A stretch of DNA of 64,000 bases. It comes from Gnetum montanum (lineage: Eukaryota > Plantae > Gnetophyta). A program made the translations under genes and the position numbers. Position 1 is the stretch's first letter; each line of letters opens with the position of its first letter. The stretch covers positions 547,604-611,603 of the forward strand of contig MNCI01003377.1 in the NCBI GenBank assembly GCA_015680685.1. The letters are read 5' to 3'. Shown one piece after another: positions 1 to 12,922 of the stretch. The notes under the pieces are model-generated. The model searched no databases and was not told where the DNA came from. It saw only the letters and a list, made by a program, of their open reading frames with translations.

Positions 1-203
1 GGACTCCTACTGCGGGCACATGGGGAAAAATTCTAACTCTGGAGTGATCAATCTGCCAGAGCTTCGCTACTTCTAGCCAGGATTGGGAAATGAGGGGAGT
101 GCCGCCTCTTATTTATAGATATGGTGGCAGACCGTGATATCGCGTACGCGATATCGCAGGGAAAGACGCGATATCGCGGCACAGTGCATGTCGCGTCTCA
201 TCA
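1..203 (-). mobile_element. Terminal (U3) part of an Athila-like LTR; the element lies left of the window
   Basis: Similar to the LTR at 55193-56014 (ctcctactg.gggcac, ttctaactctggag, gcctcttatttata, gcgatatcgc motifs). Ends in ...ctcatca at 203 like the other LTRs here. Confidence 0.75.
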
Positions 204-439
204 GCTGTAAATTAACCAATGTTGCAAAAATAGAGTTCATAACTAAGTTAGGTATGCTCAAAAGATAATAAAGTATACATACAAATACAAATCCTCACAA
301 TAAATTCATAGTACAAAAATCCCAATTCAACATTACAATTTCGAAAGAAACTAATTGATTATTAGAAATGTAATGGCTAAATTAGTAAAAGATCTAAAAC
401 TGACATCTAGTCATCATGTTCCTCATCTAACTCCCCATC

Positions 440-2789
440 TTTCAACTAACAAAACCACCTAAAAAGCATAAAAACATAAGAGAATCAATTTTAAGAGTGA
501 TTAAGACAAAGAAGCTACAAAAGAAAAACTGATCATGGAAGAGATTAAGGTAGAGCATGCAAAAGTAGAGATGCACAGATTGCAACAAGAGCTCATTGCC
601 CTAATACTTGAAAGAAGGAATCCTTCCCAATTCATTGCACCTAACCAATTGAAGCAATTTTGAACAAAGTAGCTAGGTCAATTGGTTAAATAGAATAAAG
701 ATGATGAACAAGAAAAGGAGAAAGTAGTCTAAAATGCCTTAGTTGCCAAAGCCCAAGAATATGCTCATGCAAAGGCATTGACCACTACACAAGAAAAAAA
801 TAAGCAACTTGCTGCTGACAATGCAAGGTTGACCACCGTCAAGAAGTAGAAGAACATTTGGAAGAAAGCATCCACTAGTTGAGGGAGCAACTGATGAGGG
901 TCAACCAGGACATAAGTAGATTGGCCAGAAAGAACCAAACTCTCTCAATGGAGGAGGTGTGCACAATACACCAAAAGTATGTAATTTAGATAAGCGCATG
1001 GCAAAACGAGGTTAAAAGCACTCAAATCTGAAAGAGCACTTTTGGGACCAGATCAACATGTATAAGAAAATCAATGAAAAAGAAATCCAAATGGCAAAGG
1101 CCTACATCAGTTCCATGTCAGCATAGAATCCTAACTAGTAGCCCATCTTGGATAGCTACGTCGTGGTCCATCAAGTAGAAGTGAAAAACAAGGGCCTACA
1201 GATTGAAGATTTGAAGGAGTACATGGTGTTAGCCAACCTTTGTTATGCTAACCTTGCCATGTTAACAGCAGGTAGGCCTAGAAATGAATTGGAACAACAA
1301 GTAGTAACCACCTATGCTTTATATGAGAAAGAGTTTGCATATAGAAAATATGGTCTATAGAAACTCCATGTGGCAAACTTGGAACTAGGAAATGATTAAG
1401 GCTCACTACCATGGGCAGAGAGATGTAGCTTCAGACCTAGCCAAGAGATTAACAAATTTTCATGAATTGAGTAAGAAGGCTAGGGCTTTTGAGGAGTAAT
1501 GAAGGCAGTTTGCAGTGTGGTATGTGAAAGCAAATCAGATGTTCCCACAACTACCTCATCCGTGGGTTGTACCAATTCTAGCATACATTGGATCATCAGC
1601 CTGGATGGTGCATGATCCAAGAATAGAGGAGGAGAAGTTGCAGGTACTCCTAAATCACTACAAATTCCAGAAGCCTAAGAATAAAGGGAAGTGACCAATG
1701 GAAGAGCCACCACCTCTAGGAACTACATAAGCTTCCCCAATTTTGTTATTTTGTTGTGTCATGGCCATTTTTGTAAAACACCACTATGGCATAGAAGAGT
1801 TAATTTGTGTGTTTATTTAAGTTAGTTAATAATCCCATACCTTCCCAATATTTTGTAAAAATGTTGTTCCTCATTTTGTTTAACTTGAGCATGAATTTTC
1901 ATTCAATTATGGGGGCATGATGAGTCATGTTTTGTAGGGCTTCGATATCAAAGCTGTGTTATCAGGTATTCAATATCGGGCACAACCTTCAATGTCAAGG
2001 ATCTTATATCACCCCTTCTATGCTAGCCTATAAATACAACACTTGGATGCATAGTTCACATGTATATTTCAATAGATTTTAGAGGTAGACATAGAGAAGT
2101 TTTGGTAGTTTGTTTCTAATGCATGCTCACAATACGATGTTAAGTGATTGTATGGCATCCTTATTTGAGTGTGATGTACTTGGACATGTTACATGTTCAA
2201 CAATAAAGATTGAGATTACTTTCATCATTGCAACATCCACTTAGCTCTATTATTGTTTTTAATTACTTAAATGCTTACTATTTTCCTTTGTTAATGTTTA
2301 TCAATTATTGCTCTTTATTATCTTCTGTCATTAAGCGAAATGAGTATGACTAATCATGAGTGCTTAAGTGTAATTACTTAGTATTCCAATAGTGTTATCA
2401 TTTGGTATGCCCAACACTGGTACACTTGGTAATTTCAGTGGTTGTTATGCGAAGTCCAAGGCATGTACAAAAGGTTAGGAATGGATAATCATTGCACATA
2501 GGCTAGTTTAGACTTTACTTTCCATTGTTAATTAGTTTAAATCATTAATTTCCTTATTACCATTAGGAGTAGCTTAAGGCCAAAACAATATTAGAAATCA
2601 TATGTCTCACTTTGGACTAAACCATATGCAACAAAGCTACCACTAGTCCAAGTGGGAAGACAGCAAACTACAATTAAGACATAATGATCGTGATGCCACA
2701 ATTGGACCCATCCATGGAATTTGACTGGATCGTGCGTGAATGCTTGTGATTCATATGGTTGGGCACAAGGGGTACCTTACTACTTATCA
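440..2789 (+). mobile_element. 3' part of an Athila-like LTR retrotransposon: degraded extra ORF (~500-1730), PPT (~1909-1917), 3' LTR 1918-2789
   Basis: ORF remnants (EYMVLANLCYANLAML; FPQLPHPWVV...WMVHDPR) match the extra ORF at 40644-43442. PPT atgggggca precedes tgatgag. The LTR end (ggggtaccttactacttatca) is the reverse complement of the conserved tgatgag..gaggtacccc terminus. The left boundary is approximate. Confidence 0.8.
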
Positions 2790-2999
2790 ATACAAATGCT
2801 ACTTTATCAAATCATTTTCCTATTAGCATTTTTCTCTCTAGTATTAATTCTTCATCCTTTTAAAAGCATGAGCTTTTTTGTATGAATGTTAATATGATCA
2901 TAGGACCCAGTGAAAAATATGTTTTGAAGTCTTTGTGAAATGCAAAAAAAAAAAAAACCTATTGGTAATATTGATTAGATTGACTAGTGGCAACAAACT

Positions 3000-5900
3000 A
3001 CTTGTAGAGTCAAAAATTATGCTAGATGGGTTGGAACAAAATTTGCTAAGCATAAGCATCAAGTTGAAGAAGATTTTGCAGAATATGTAAAGTAAATGTT
3101 AATATTCTTTTAGACTAGAATCCCTTTGACTTTGAAAATCAAAAAACCTTGGCTAAAGCTTATTATGCTAAACAATGTTGGGATACTTTTGAAGCTAAAA
3201 GTACTCTTCCTAAAAGTTACATGGATTGGCTAAAAAATGAATATAAACCTTGCAAGGAATTTTTTAAATTTTTGAAAGGAAAAGGTCAAGTACCTAAACT
3301 GGAATCACATTATATAAATTATTCCATCATTAAAGATCTTGAGACTATTAACAGTTTATTAGAGAATCATGTTTTCTCTAAAGGTTTTAGCAAGGAATTC
3401 TTCTAAGCCTCTAGTATGCATATTCCTTAACTTATAATAGAAGGACATCAAATTATTCTTTAAGTAGAAATTACAACAAAATAAATCAAAGAAGCAACCT
3501 TGAAGTTACATGGGTTGGCTAAAAATTGAAGATGAACCTTGCAAGGAATTTTTTAATTTCTAAAAGAAAGGGTCAAGTACCTAAACTAGAATCATGTTAT
3601 ATAAATGATTCCATCATCAAAAATCCTAAGAATATTAATAGTTTATTAGTGAATCATTTTTCTTTGAAGATTTTATTAAGGAATTCTTCTAGGCATCTAG
3701 TATGCATATTCCTCATCTTATAACAGAAGCACATCAAATTATTCTTAAAGTAGAAATTACAATAAAAGAACTCAAAGTAGCAACCTTGAAGTTACATGTG
3801 TTGGCTAAAAATTAAAGATAAACCTTGCAAAAAAAAATTTAATTTCTAAAGGGAAATGATCAATTACCTAAACTAGAATCAAATTATATAAATAATTCCA
3901 TCATTAAAGATCTTGAGACTATTAACAATTTATTATCAAATTATTTTGTTCTGAAGGTTTAGTAAGGAATTCTTCTAGGTCCCTAGTATGCATATTCCTC
4001 ATCTTATAATAGAAGCACATCAAATTATTCTTGAAGTAGAAATCACAGCGAAAAAAATCAAAGCAACATCCTTTAGTTTAGCAAATGGTAAAGCTCTAGA
4101 TTTTGATGACTTTCCTATTGAATTTTTTAAGAAGCATTAGGATATCTTTAGAGATGATATCTTTCATGTTTTCCAAGAAGTCATTAAAAAAGTTTCACTT
4201 CATAAAAATATTAATAAAAATATAATTCATCTTCTTCCTAAGAATGGATATCTCTAACAAATTTTTAATTGGAGGCCTCTTACTCTTCTTAACATTACTT
4301 ATAAAATTTTAGCTAAATGCATGACTTGCCAAATTCAAAAGATTGTTGAAGATATCATTAGACTTGAGGAAACTAGTTTTGTTAAAGATAGATATATATT
4401 TAATAATGTTATTATAGCTTGGGAGAAAATGCAATGATCTTTTGATACTAATAAAAACATTGTTTTTATTAAGTTAGATTGTGTTAAAGCTTATGATAGA
4501 ATTGAATGGAATTTTATTATTTCTTGTCTTTATAAATTGAGATTTGATGATTATTTTATTCGACTTGTCCATACTTTGCTCACTAATGCTAATGATCAAG
4601 TTGCTACTAATTTTGAATTAAGTTTCTTCCTTTCTCTTCAATGGTCAATTCATCATGATTGTACTCTAGCTCCCTGTCCTTTCATTATTGTTGCAAATTT
4701 TCTTTTACGTAATCTGCATTATATTCTACAAAGTAATTCATTAAGGAAATTTCAATTGATGATAAAGGTATAAAATTGCTTAACATGAACTTTGCATATG
4801 ATTCTTTTTTTATGATTAACAATTCTTTATAACATTCTAATACTCTTTTAGCTAGAGTGGAGGATTACTGCATATTATTTGGCCCTTTATTCATTTGGAA
4901 AAATTTTGTTATTTACTGTAATAGCAATATTAATGAGTGAGTTATTTTTAAGCCTTTGAAGATCTTAAAAAAAATTATTTTAAAACTTTAGATTTTATGG
5001 GATTATGTGGTTGATAAAATTGAAAAGAAGCTTGGTAAATAGAAAGAAAAAAGTTTCACCCTTTCTAGTAAAATTTTAGTTATTAAGCAAATGCTTCAAT
5101 CAACTTATGTTTATTATTTTAGTTTTTAGGCTCCTTCTAAAACTTCTTATGAGAGAATTGATTGTATTATTCGTTGGTTTCTTTGGTATGCTAAGCAACA
5201 TAGAAAAGGTTTTTCTAGAGTTGCTTGAGATATTTGCACTAGTAGCAAGAAAGATAGAGAACTTGGCCTCATTAATTATTATAACTAGGGTATTTCTCTT
5301 GTAATAAAATAGATTGCAAAATGCATTAATGAAGATGATAGTTGGATGCTCCTTTTAAGAAACAAACTTATGCAAGGAAAACCTAAGAATGATAACAATT
5401 TGTCTTGTTATAACTTTCTTCATTGTCTTCTTTTTCCTCAAGCCATTTCTATTTCTAGTTCTCCAATTATTAAACAAATTTGGACAACATGGTTTAAGCT
5501 TAGTAAATATTGGAATTATAATCATATTATAGTTTTAGAAGATATGCTTAGGTAAATTAGCCCATTGTGGCTTCCTTTTAATAAAGGAGCTTGGGCTACT
5601 AATGCATTTGCATTGTGTACCACTTGGACCAAATTTGATATCACTATAGTTTCTTGTCTACATATGCATAATAGATGGATTACTTGGAATGAAGCTCCTA
5701 GCCTCTATAGTTTGAATAGAAAGAGGAAAAATAATTTTGAAAAATTAATTTCTAATCTTAAGAATTTATTTAAAGTTGACAATAATTTGCATTAGGCTTT
5801 TCTAAATATATTTAGGAAGGATAATAGTTATGTTTTTCCTTTTAATTTAAAAATTGCTTATGAGATTATTACAAAGGATGATTTTATTCAAAATAAATTC

Positions 5901-6150
5901 AATAAGGCCTAGAAAATGTAATAATCATTGCACTTTTAGATGAGACAAATAAAAAATATTTGGAGAGCTCCTACATTTTCTAAAATTTGTATTTTTTTCA
6001 TGGTGTCTTATTTATTAAGGTCTTCCTATCAACACTAATCTTAAATATATGGGAAACTTTTTTCCTTAATGTCCTCTTTGTAGAAGTGAAGACTCATTTC
6101 CTCATATTTTTTCGAGTGCCCTATTGCTCAACATGCTTGGAAGTGAATAT
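3000..6150 (+). mobile_element. Degenerate L1-clade LINE ORF2 (reverse transcriptase + zf-RVT)
   Basis: Translated motifs GKA..FDDFPIEFFKK (~4087), NWRPLTLLNITYKILAKC (~4267), KLDCVKAYDRIEWNFI (~4471) and CPLC...HIF..CP (~6070). Many stops and frameshifts. Confidence 0.85.
3213..4075 (+). repeat. Three tandem ~288-bp copies within the LINE ORF2 linker region
   Basis: aagttacatg.gttggctaaaaa...aaccttgcaa recurs at ~3213, ~3502 and ~3789, with collinear downstream sequence. Confidence 0.85.
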
Positions 6151-6169
6151 CCAAAATTTGAAATGACTT

Positions 6170-8050
6170 TCAACTAGAAGGATGTAGTGGATATTAGAGA
6201 TTTCAAGTTGATAAGCTTATGTCCTTCATTATATAAGTTTTTTTTTTGTTTTTTAATTATTATTTTTTCACACTCTTGGCACTTCAACTCCAAAAAATCA
6301 TGCCTAAGGTGGTTGCAAAAGAGTAATCAAGGTTTGTGACATGAAGACATATTTAGATTAAATTTTATTGATGCAATTGTTACTTCACTCAACACATTAT
6401 CAAAAAACATTAAATGTGGCACTCAGGTTGGACATAAGAAATGTCTACAATACCATCAATTGGACATATTTGAGAGGTGTTGATAAAATTTGATTTTCCA
6501 TTCCATTAGGTTAAGAAGCTTTGTGGTTGCCTTGAAGGTCGTCTTTTCTCATCCTCTTTAATAATTTAAAGGTGGGTATCTCTTGTGGATTAAATGGCTT
6601 GTGATAGGGATCTTGGCTCGTCTTTCCTTTTCATCTTATCTATGGAAGGACTTGGCTCTTTGTTATGTCATTCACCTATTATTGGATAAAGTCAAAACAT
6701 TTCATCAGCTTTGAATTGACTTTTTTTTACATGCTCTCAATTTGTGAATGACATTTTTCTTTTCTCAAATGAAGAGCCAACATATATCCACAAGCTTCAT
6801 GTAGCTATTTTGCACTTTGCAAAAGCATTTGACTTAGAACTTAATTTGACTAAGAGCAAACTTTTCAACTTTGGAGTAGACCAATAGTAGTATGCACTTT
6901 TGTTTCATTTTAAAAGAAAGTCCTTGCCTACAATTTATATAGGAATTACACATCTTTATTGGTAGAATGAAAGCATTTATGTAGAATGAAATTTATGATA
7001 TGATCTCAAAGAGGTTAAATGGATAGAAAACTAAGATGTTATTTCAGGCAAGCCATCCTCACCTTATCATATTAGTTTTTCAAACTCCTCACATGTATTT
7101 TCTCTCATATTTAAAGGCTTCCTTCTTAGTTCCTCAATGTATCGAAAAGAAAATATATTCATTCCTTTGGTCTCCACCATATGAACGATCCTTCCATACT
7201 TTCAGCTAGAAGTAGTTTTGCATACTTTGGAAGCAATGAGGATTTAATTTAAAAAGATTAGACAATATTAATTTAGTGCTTTTGGAAAAAATAGCTTGAT
7301 AATTACATACATCACATAGATAACAAGTTATGCAAACTAAATACATATATGGTGGATATACTTTTATTAATGCACCCTTGTTCAAATGGCTCCTCAATAT
7401 GGAGGGGCTTGGAAAAAAAGTAGAGTGTGGTTCTCTACGTATGTAAATCATGTGGGAAATGAGACATGGACGTGGAGTGATAGTATTGAGTATTACATGA
7501 GAACACTTCATGAGATGTTACAAAAGCAATGATCAAGCACCTCTCTTTAAATTACATGATTTTGTGCTTAGCCCACACTTAAAATTATTCTTCATTAAGA
7601 TTTTTAAGGAGGCCATCCTATCAAGGGATTATCTACATTGTAGAGGCATTATTCAAATAATTCATGTACTTTCTACAAGCAAGGAGCTAAAATAGGTAAC
7701 TATTTTTTATCTCCTATCATTTTGCCTAGCACATTTAGCAACTTTTTCCAATCCAAATCCAAACACAATCTAGAAGGTTCATATAAAAGAAAATTACAAC
7801 TTTTTTGTCGAATTAGAAAAGATCTAGGAACTCTAACCATGAACAATTAAAAGAAAGGATGCAGTCCACACTTTCTATTTGTGTTTGGCATGAAATTTAG
7901 TTAGAAAAATAAATGCATTGTTACTCACAAAACACACTCTCTAACATCCATATGGTCTTCCGTGCTTATCTATTGAAGGCATTTGATACATTTTAAAAAG
8001 GGGTTACAATGGAACCATCAAAATCCTTGAAGTTGATAGTTGCCTTTTAT
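6170..8050 (+). mobile_element. Second degenerate L1-type LINE RT fragment
   Basis: Remnant RT motifs MPKVVAKE*SRFV, LDIRNVYNTINW, SQFVNDIFLF and LELNLTKSK; highly mutated. Confidence 0.6.
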
Positions 8051-8260
8051 AATGAGTGCCTTTTACTTTGACCCAACATCCTTTCTTTGTTTTTGAAAAA
8101 AGCTGTTAGTTTTTCTTTTATCTTTCTAATCTTTTTAATGTATCATGTTTGCATTTTTATAATTCTTTTAATGTATCTTATTAGCTAAACATATTGCATG
8201 CACTTATCCTTTGTATGAGATTCTTAATTTAGAAATTCTAAACTATGAGTTTATGTTTGA

Positions 8261-8310
8261 TTTTGATAAGCAATACTAAACTAAATTTTGATAAGCAATA
8301 CTAAACTAAA
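8261..8310. repeat. Perfect 25-bp tandem duplication (ttttgataagcaatactaaactaaa x2)
   Basis: Seen directly. Confidence 0.9.
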
Positions 8311-8379
8311 AAGTTGTTATGATATTTGTTGGCAATTGCTTATTCAACAAGCAACCGTTAAGCCAAATACTTTATTGAC

Positions 8380-9790
8380 AAACGTGTTTTAAAAACGGTG
8401 CTCTAATACGTGCACGCTACCCCCATTCCTTGGTCAAGCATATGTAATATTTTCTAACTCAAGGTAACACCTTTTATCGTATTTTGCCGTTGGCCTAGGC
8501 AAACGGGAAATGTGTCTGGTATGCCTTAATTATCATGTACGGTCATGTACGGTCATTGTATCAGCTTATGCATTTTGGATTATCATCAGCTACCATGTTT
8601 TAGTAGCTTTGGGGTTGCTGACATGTAGGGTGGACCCAAGGATATTTAAATGAAAAAAAATTAAAACATATTTTACTTTATGTACTATTTTAGTATTTAT
8701 TTTAAATCTCAAAAAGCACAAGATTAAGGGTTTAATTTTTTTAACTTTTAAACTATACTTTGAAACTTTCAACAAGCCGAGCCTTCACAATAACACATCC
8801 ATAACACATCTACATACTACCATGCATGCTTATGCATGGTGGTTAAAGCACGGTCCGGCAGAGGGGTTTGGGGACCTTCCGTGTCTTAAAAGTTGAAAAC
8901 TGCCGCTTGAACCAAATCTCAGACTCTGCAGCAAAGCCAGCGGGAAGGGATTGTCATCTCTTTTTCGAGTTGCGCGCCTTGCGTAATTTCGCGAACAATG
9001 TTTGCAACGAAATTGAAGGTGAGATCTCGGTTGCCAACGTCATGCAATACGAATGATACAATGGATCTTAAATCACTTCGTAGCGGCTGGAACTGCAACC
9101 AGATTTCTCCCCGGTAACTAAAATTTAAGGTTCTGTTGAACAATCTTCAAAATTTCAACGAATAAAAATAATTGCTGGCGGGGCTGGTTTTTCTTCGCTG
9201 TTAAATCTTTTTGTTACTTGAGAAAAGAGTATTATTAACAGATCCTTGAAAAAATAAAAAGGTTTACAGAGTATCTTTCTATGCGACACATTCCACATAT
9301 GTTTCATATTTGAGAGACGTTGGGAATATCGGATCGCATTCCCTCTCGGAACAGATTTTGATTTGTAGGAAGATTGGGAACAATTGGGGGCTACGTGAGC
9401 TCTGAAAATGTTAACAGGCATTTGGAGATCGATGAGGCAAATGCGATTTTGATGACCTTCTAATTGACTGAGGAAGATTGCTATTTTGATGATTGTCGTT
9501 CACATTTATTATTCATGCTGCTTTTATTCCTGTTTGAGATAATATTTGGATTTTAATATCATATTTTCCTGGAAACTTGTGTCCAAGATTTGCTGGGAAA
9601 AAGGCAATACTCTGAAAAAAATTGATTTGTACCCTCGAAAAAAATTCTTTTGGATCAGATACAGGAATATATATAATCCATGTGTAACTGCGGCACATAC
9701 AAACTATGTCGTATTGACCCGTTCCCTGATTTTTGGAAACCGGGCTAATTTTACAATTCAGTTCACATGACCAAGAGAGACGGGTTCTTT
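8380..9790 (+). promoter_or_regulatory. CpG-retaining promoter/5' region, probably of the LRR (CERES-like) gene
   Basis: Many CG dinucleotides compared with the CpG-depleted TE flanks, and no TE motifs. Contains acaATGG at 9061 followed by a donor-like ccg|gtaact at 9113/9114. Confidence 0.5.
9061..9113 (+). CDS. Candidate first coding exon of the CERES-like gene (MDLKSLRSGWNCNQISP-R)
   Basis: Good Kozak context, 53 nt open, ends in phase 2 at a GT donor. It joins in frame to the phase-2 acceptor at 23109 (CG|A = Arg). Inference only. Confidence 0.4.
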
Positions 9791-10147
9791 AGCATGAAGC
9801 AGAAAGAAGAATTTGTTAATTGAAAAAAAAAATATATATTCAGGTTAGTTGGCATCAAGAATTAGACTCCAGACAGATTTACTTAAAAAAAATATACAAA
9901 GTGAAAAGTTGGTGGGTGTTAGAGACTCGGTTTTATGTCTACTTTGGGTAACTCTAATATACCAAGATCTACTATGAATTGGAAGTACAATTGTAACTCT
10001 GAACTTAATGATAACTGTGCTTTATAATAGTTTCTGTAGTTATGAGTATTGTAAGTTTTATTTACCTTATGAATCCTCTTGGTGATGAGCAAATTCATGT
10101 TGATCTATCTTGTAGAGTAGTATTTATCATAAGCTATTGTAGATAGT

Positions 10148-10906
10148 TGATATCTTCTCACCTGGACTAGTATTCGCTTATCATGTATGGTTTAGTTTAG
10201 AGTGAGGTGAATGATGGTATCCTAAACTAATGCTACTCCTAGAGACGATGGGGAACAATCTTAATTAAGCTAATGGACAATGGAAAATGAAATCTATGCT
10301 AACCCTAAGTGCAATGAGCATCTATCCTTAATCATTCGGACGCATCTTGGACCTTGTGTACTACTTCTGAGATTACCAAGTGCACATTACTTGAGCACTA
10401 CTAGATACGTTGGGTTACCAAGTAGTTACACTTAAATCTTCGTGATTAAGTCGTACTCATTCTGCGTTAACAACAGAAAGTGTAAATGATAATAAAAGAA
10501 ATATTAATTAAAAAGACAACAATAAATAATTAACAATTAAGGTAATTAAAGGCTAAGTGAATGTTGCAATGATGGAGTAATCTCGATCTTTGTTGCCGAT
10601 CATGTGTGTGTCCAAGTACATCACACTTGAACAAAGGTTCCGTACAATTACAATTATCACACTGCGGGCGTGCATTGGGGAAAGTAATCTAACTCATGCG
10701 GAAACAAACTGCAAGAGCTTTGCTACAACTTGAACAAAAAGGTGCCATAAATGTGGCGAGTGCACGCATATTTATAGCGAAAAATGGACTTTGCGTTGAT
10801 GAGGCCACGTCAACCCATGTAAAGATGTGTCGATGGGGTCACGTTAAGGCGGCTGCGTTGATGAGGCTTCGTTGACGCAGCCTAGCCAACGCAGCATGCT
10901 TCATCA
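10148..10906 (-). repeat. 3' LTR with ~125-bp deletion just inside its terminus
   Basis: Aligns to 15172-16104 from ...cacctggactagtattcg onward; only tgat of the terminal segment remains. Confidence 0.85.
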
Positions 10907-12922
10907 TACCCCCATGACTGAGTAAAAACTCATCCTCGAGTCAAACAAAGTGAGGAACAAGTTCATTCATGTCGTAGTGTGGAATTAAACAAAATTTGGA
11001 CACAGACACAAAATACAAAACTTGTGGAACTCATGTGGTTCCCGGTGGTGGTGACTCCTCCATGGGTGCCTTTTCTTTGTCCTGCGCTCTAGGCTTCTGA
11101 GATTGATACCGTTGAAGAAGCGCTTGAAGTTTCTTCTCTTTGGTCCGAGGATCATGAGCCATCCATGTGGATGTTCCAATGTTTGATGGAGTCGACACTT
11201 CCCATGGACATGGTAGCTGCAAGAACACTTGATTGGCCTTGACATACCATGCCACAAATAGTTGTCGTTCTTTTTCATAGGCTTTGGCCCTAACCTCTCC
11301 ACCTTTTTCTTGGCCAAATTATGCAGTGACAAGAGTTTCCTGATGGATGTTGAATGATTGTGCCTCCTACTCTGCATGTTCTGCATGAGGTCCTTGGCCT
11401 CTGCCTCCTCTCAGGTGTTTAACTACACCTTGAGAAAGTCCTCCTTGCTATCCTCTTTTAGGGGCCATCTATAATCACACAAGGACTGATTGTTAGTAAG
11501 GCTGTTTAAAGAAATTCAGTTATCTTATACCTTACTCATTGCTTTTAATAAATGTTTAATTCATTGCTTAGTGTGATTCTAGAGTTAGAGATTTTTCAAG
11601 GAAGTTGCCCTAAAAGTTTAATGTCGGACTTGATCTATTTAGGTGACACATAAAAGGACATGTAATGGTTTTGAGGAACATTTGATAAAATGATGACAAA
11701 GGTAAAAATAGATTTGGCAATGGAGTACTTGGAGGATATAAAATGATGTGGTGGTGTGCAACAAGTACAAATTACAAAAGTCACGTAAGTGGGTCCTCCC
11801 CAAAGCAGGTTTCAACCTATAATGCCCTTGCGTAACCACACCTTAAAATGTCCATAGGCACTAGAAGGGTTAAATATAATTCGCACTAGTGCAACAAAAC
11901 ACACACATGTAAATACCATCGCGATGAGGTATGAGTTCTATGTGACACAAGATACAAGTAAAAATACATGGACAGCAAGATGAGACAAATCATGGAAGGG
12001 ATTGCTGAAATTGGGGCATGAGGTAACAGACCCTGGGCACAGTGAATCCTGAGTGTAGGGCATGATTAATGTGTCATTAGCCCGTCGCTCCAAAATCAAA
12101 ACCAAGTCCATACCTTTGATCAGTGACATCACATTGTTTCATCCCATAAGACAACCATAAGAGCATCATGACAACAAAACGTACGATCACTTGGCGTTTT
12201 GTCCAAAGGAGGAGTGATTTGGAATTTCTTTGTGCCACATTTTTCTTGGTCTTTTTTTTGATGTTTTTTTTGACCGCTTTTTGCATTTGTCTTTCCCAAA
12301 AGTGATATAGAGAAGTCACCAACTTTCAGGCATGGGTGCATGTCTTTCTAGTGGGACTCCCCAGAACAGCATTGAGTTTCTTTATTAAGTGCCTTTATCA
12401 CAACTCTTATTTCCATTTTTTGTTAGATCTACAAGGATCTTAGTACAACCAAGCTGCATAATAGCACCTACAAATGTCACCAAAGAGAATCCACAAGTCC
12501 CCTTGCTGTCACAGCCTTTCCTTTCCCTCTTAGTTCGCCATTCTTCACTTTGGGCATAATGAGTACAAAGTTACTTTACGTTTTAATGATAACAAGAATA
12601 TCATTGTACCCAGAGTAGAACCTCTTATTAATAGATTGGATGGGTGGATGTTGTGGGCTCATTGTCCAAATAATTGGTCACCTGAGACTCGATAGCATAG
12701 AACAACACCTCAACCAACGAGTCACATGAGTGTTTTATTCATAGATAAGATTACCCATAAAAAGATAAAACAACAAATTGAAAGATGAAAAACTGGAAAA
12801 CAAAAAATTATAAAATCAAAGAAAAGGAAAAGCATTCACTAATTCTGCTTGTTAAAATGGAGCATATCCTCCATAACTAAACTTTTGAGCATGGCTAGAA
12901 TTAATAAATGGAAAATGCGGGT

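Noticed and set aside
10083-10090. tgatgagc as the LTR start
   Set aside because: The following sequence does not match the partner LTR, and the ATAGT TSD places the boundary at 10148.
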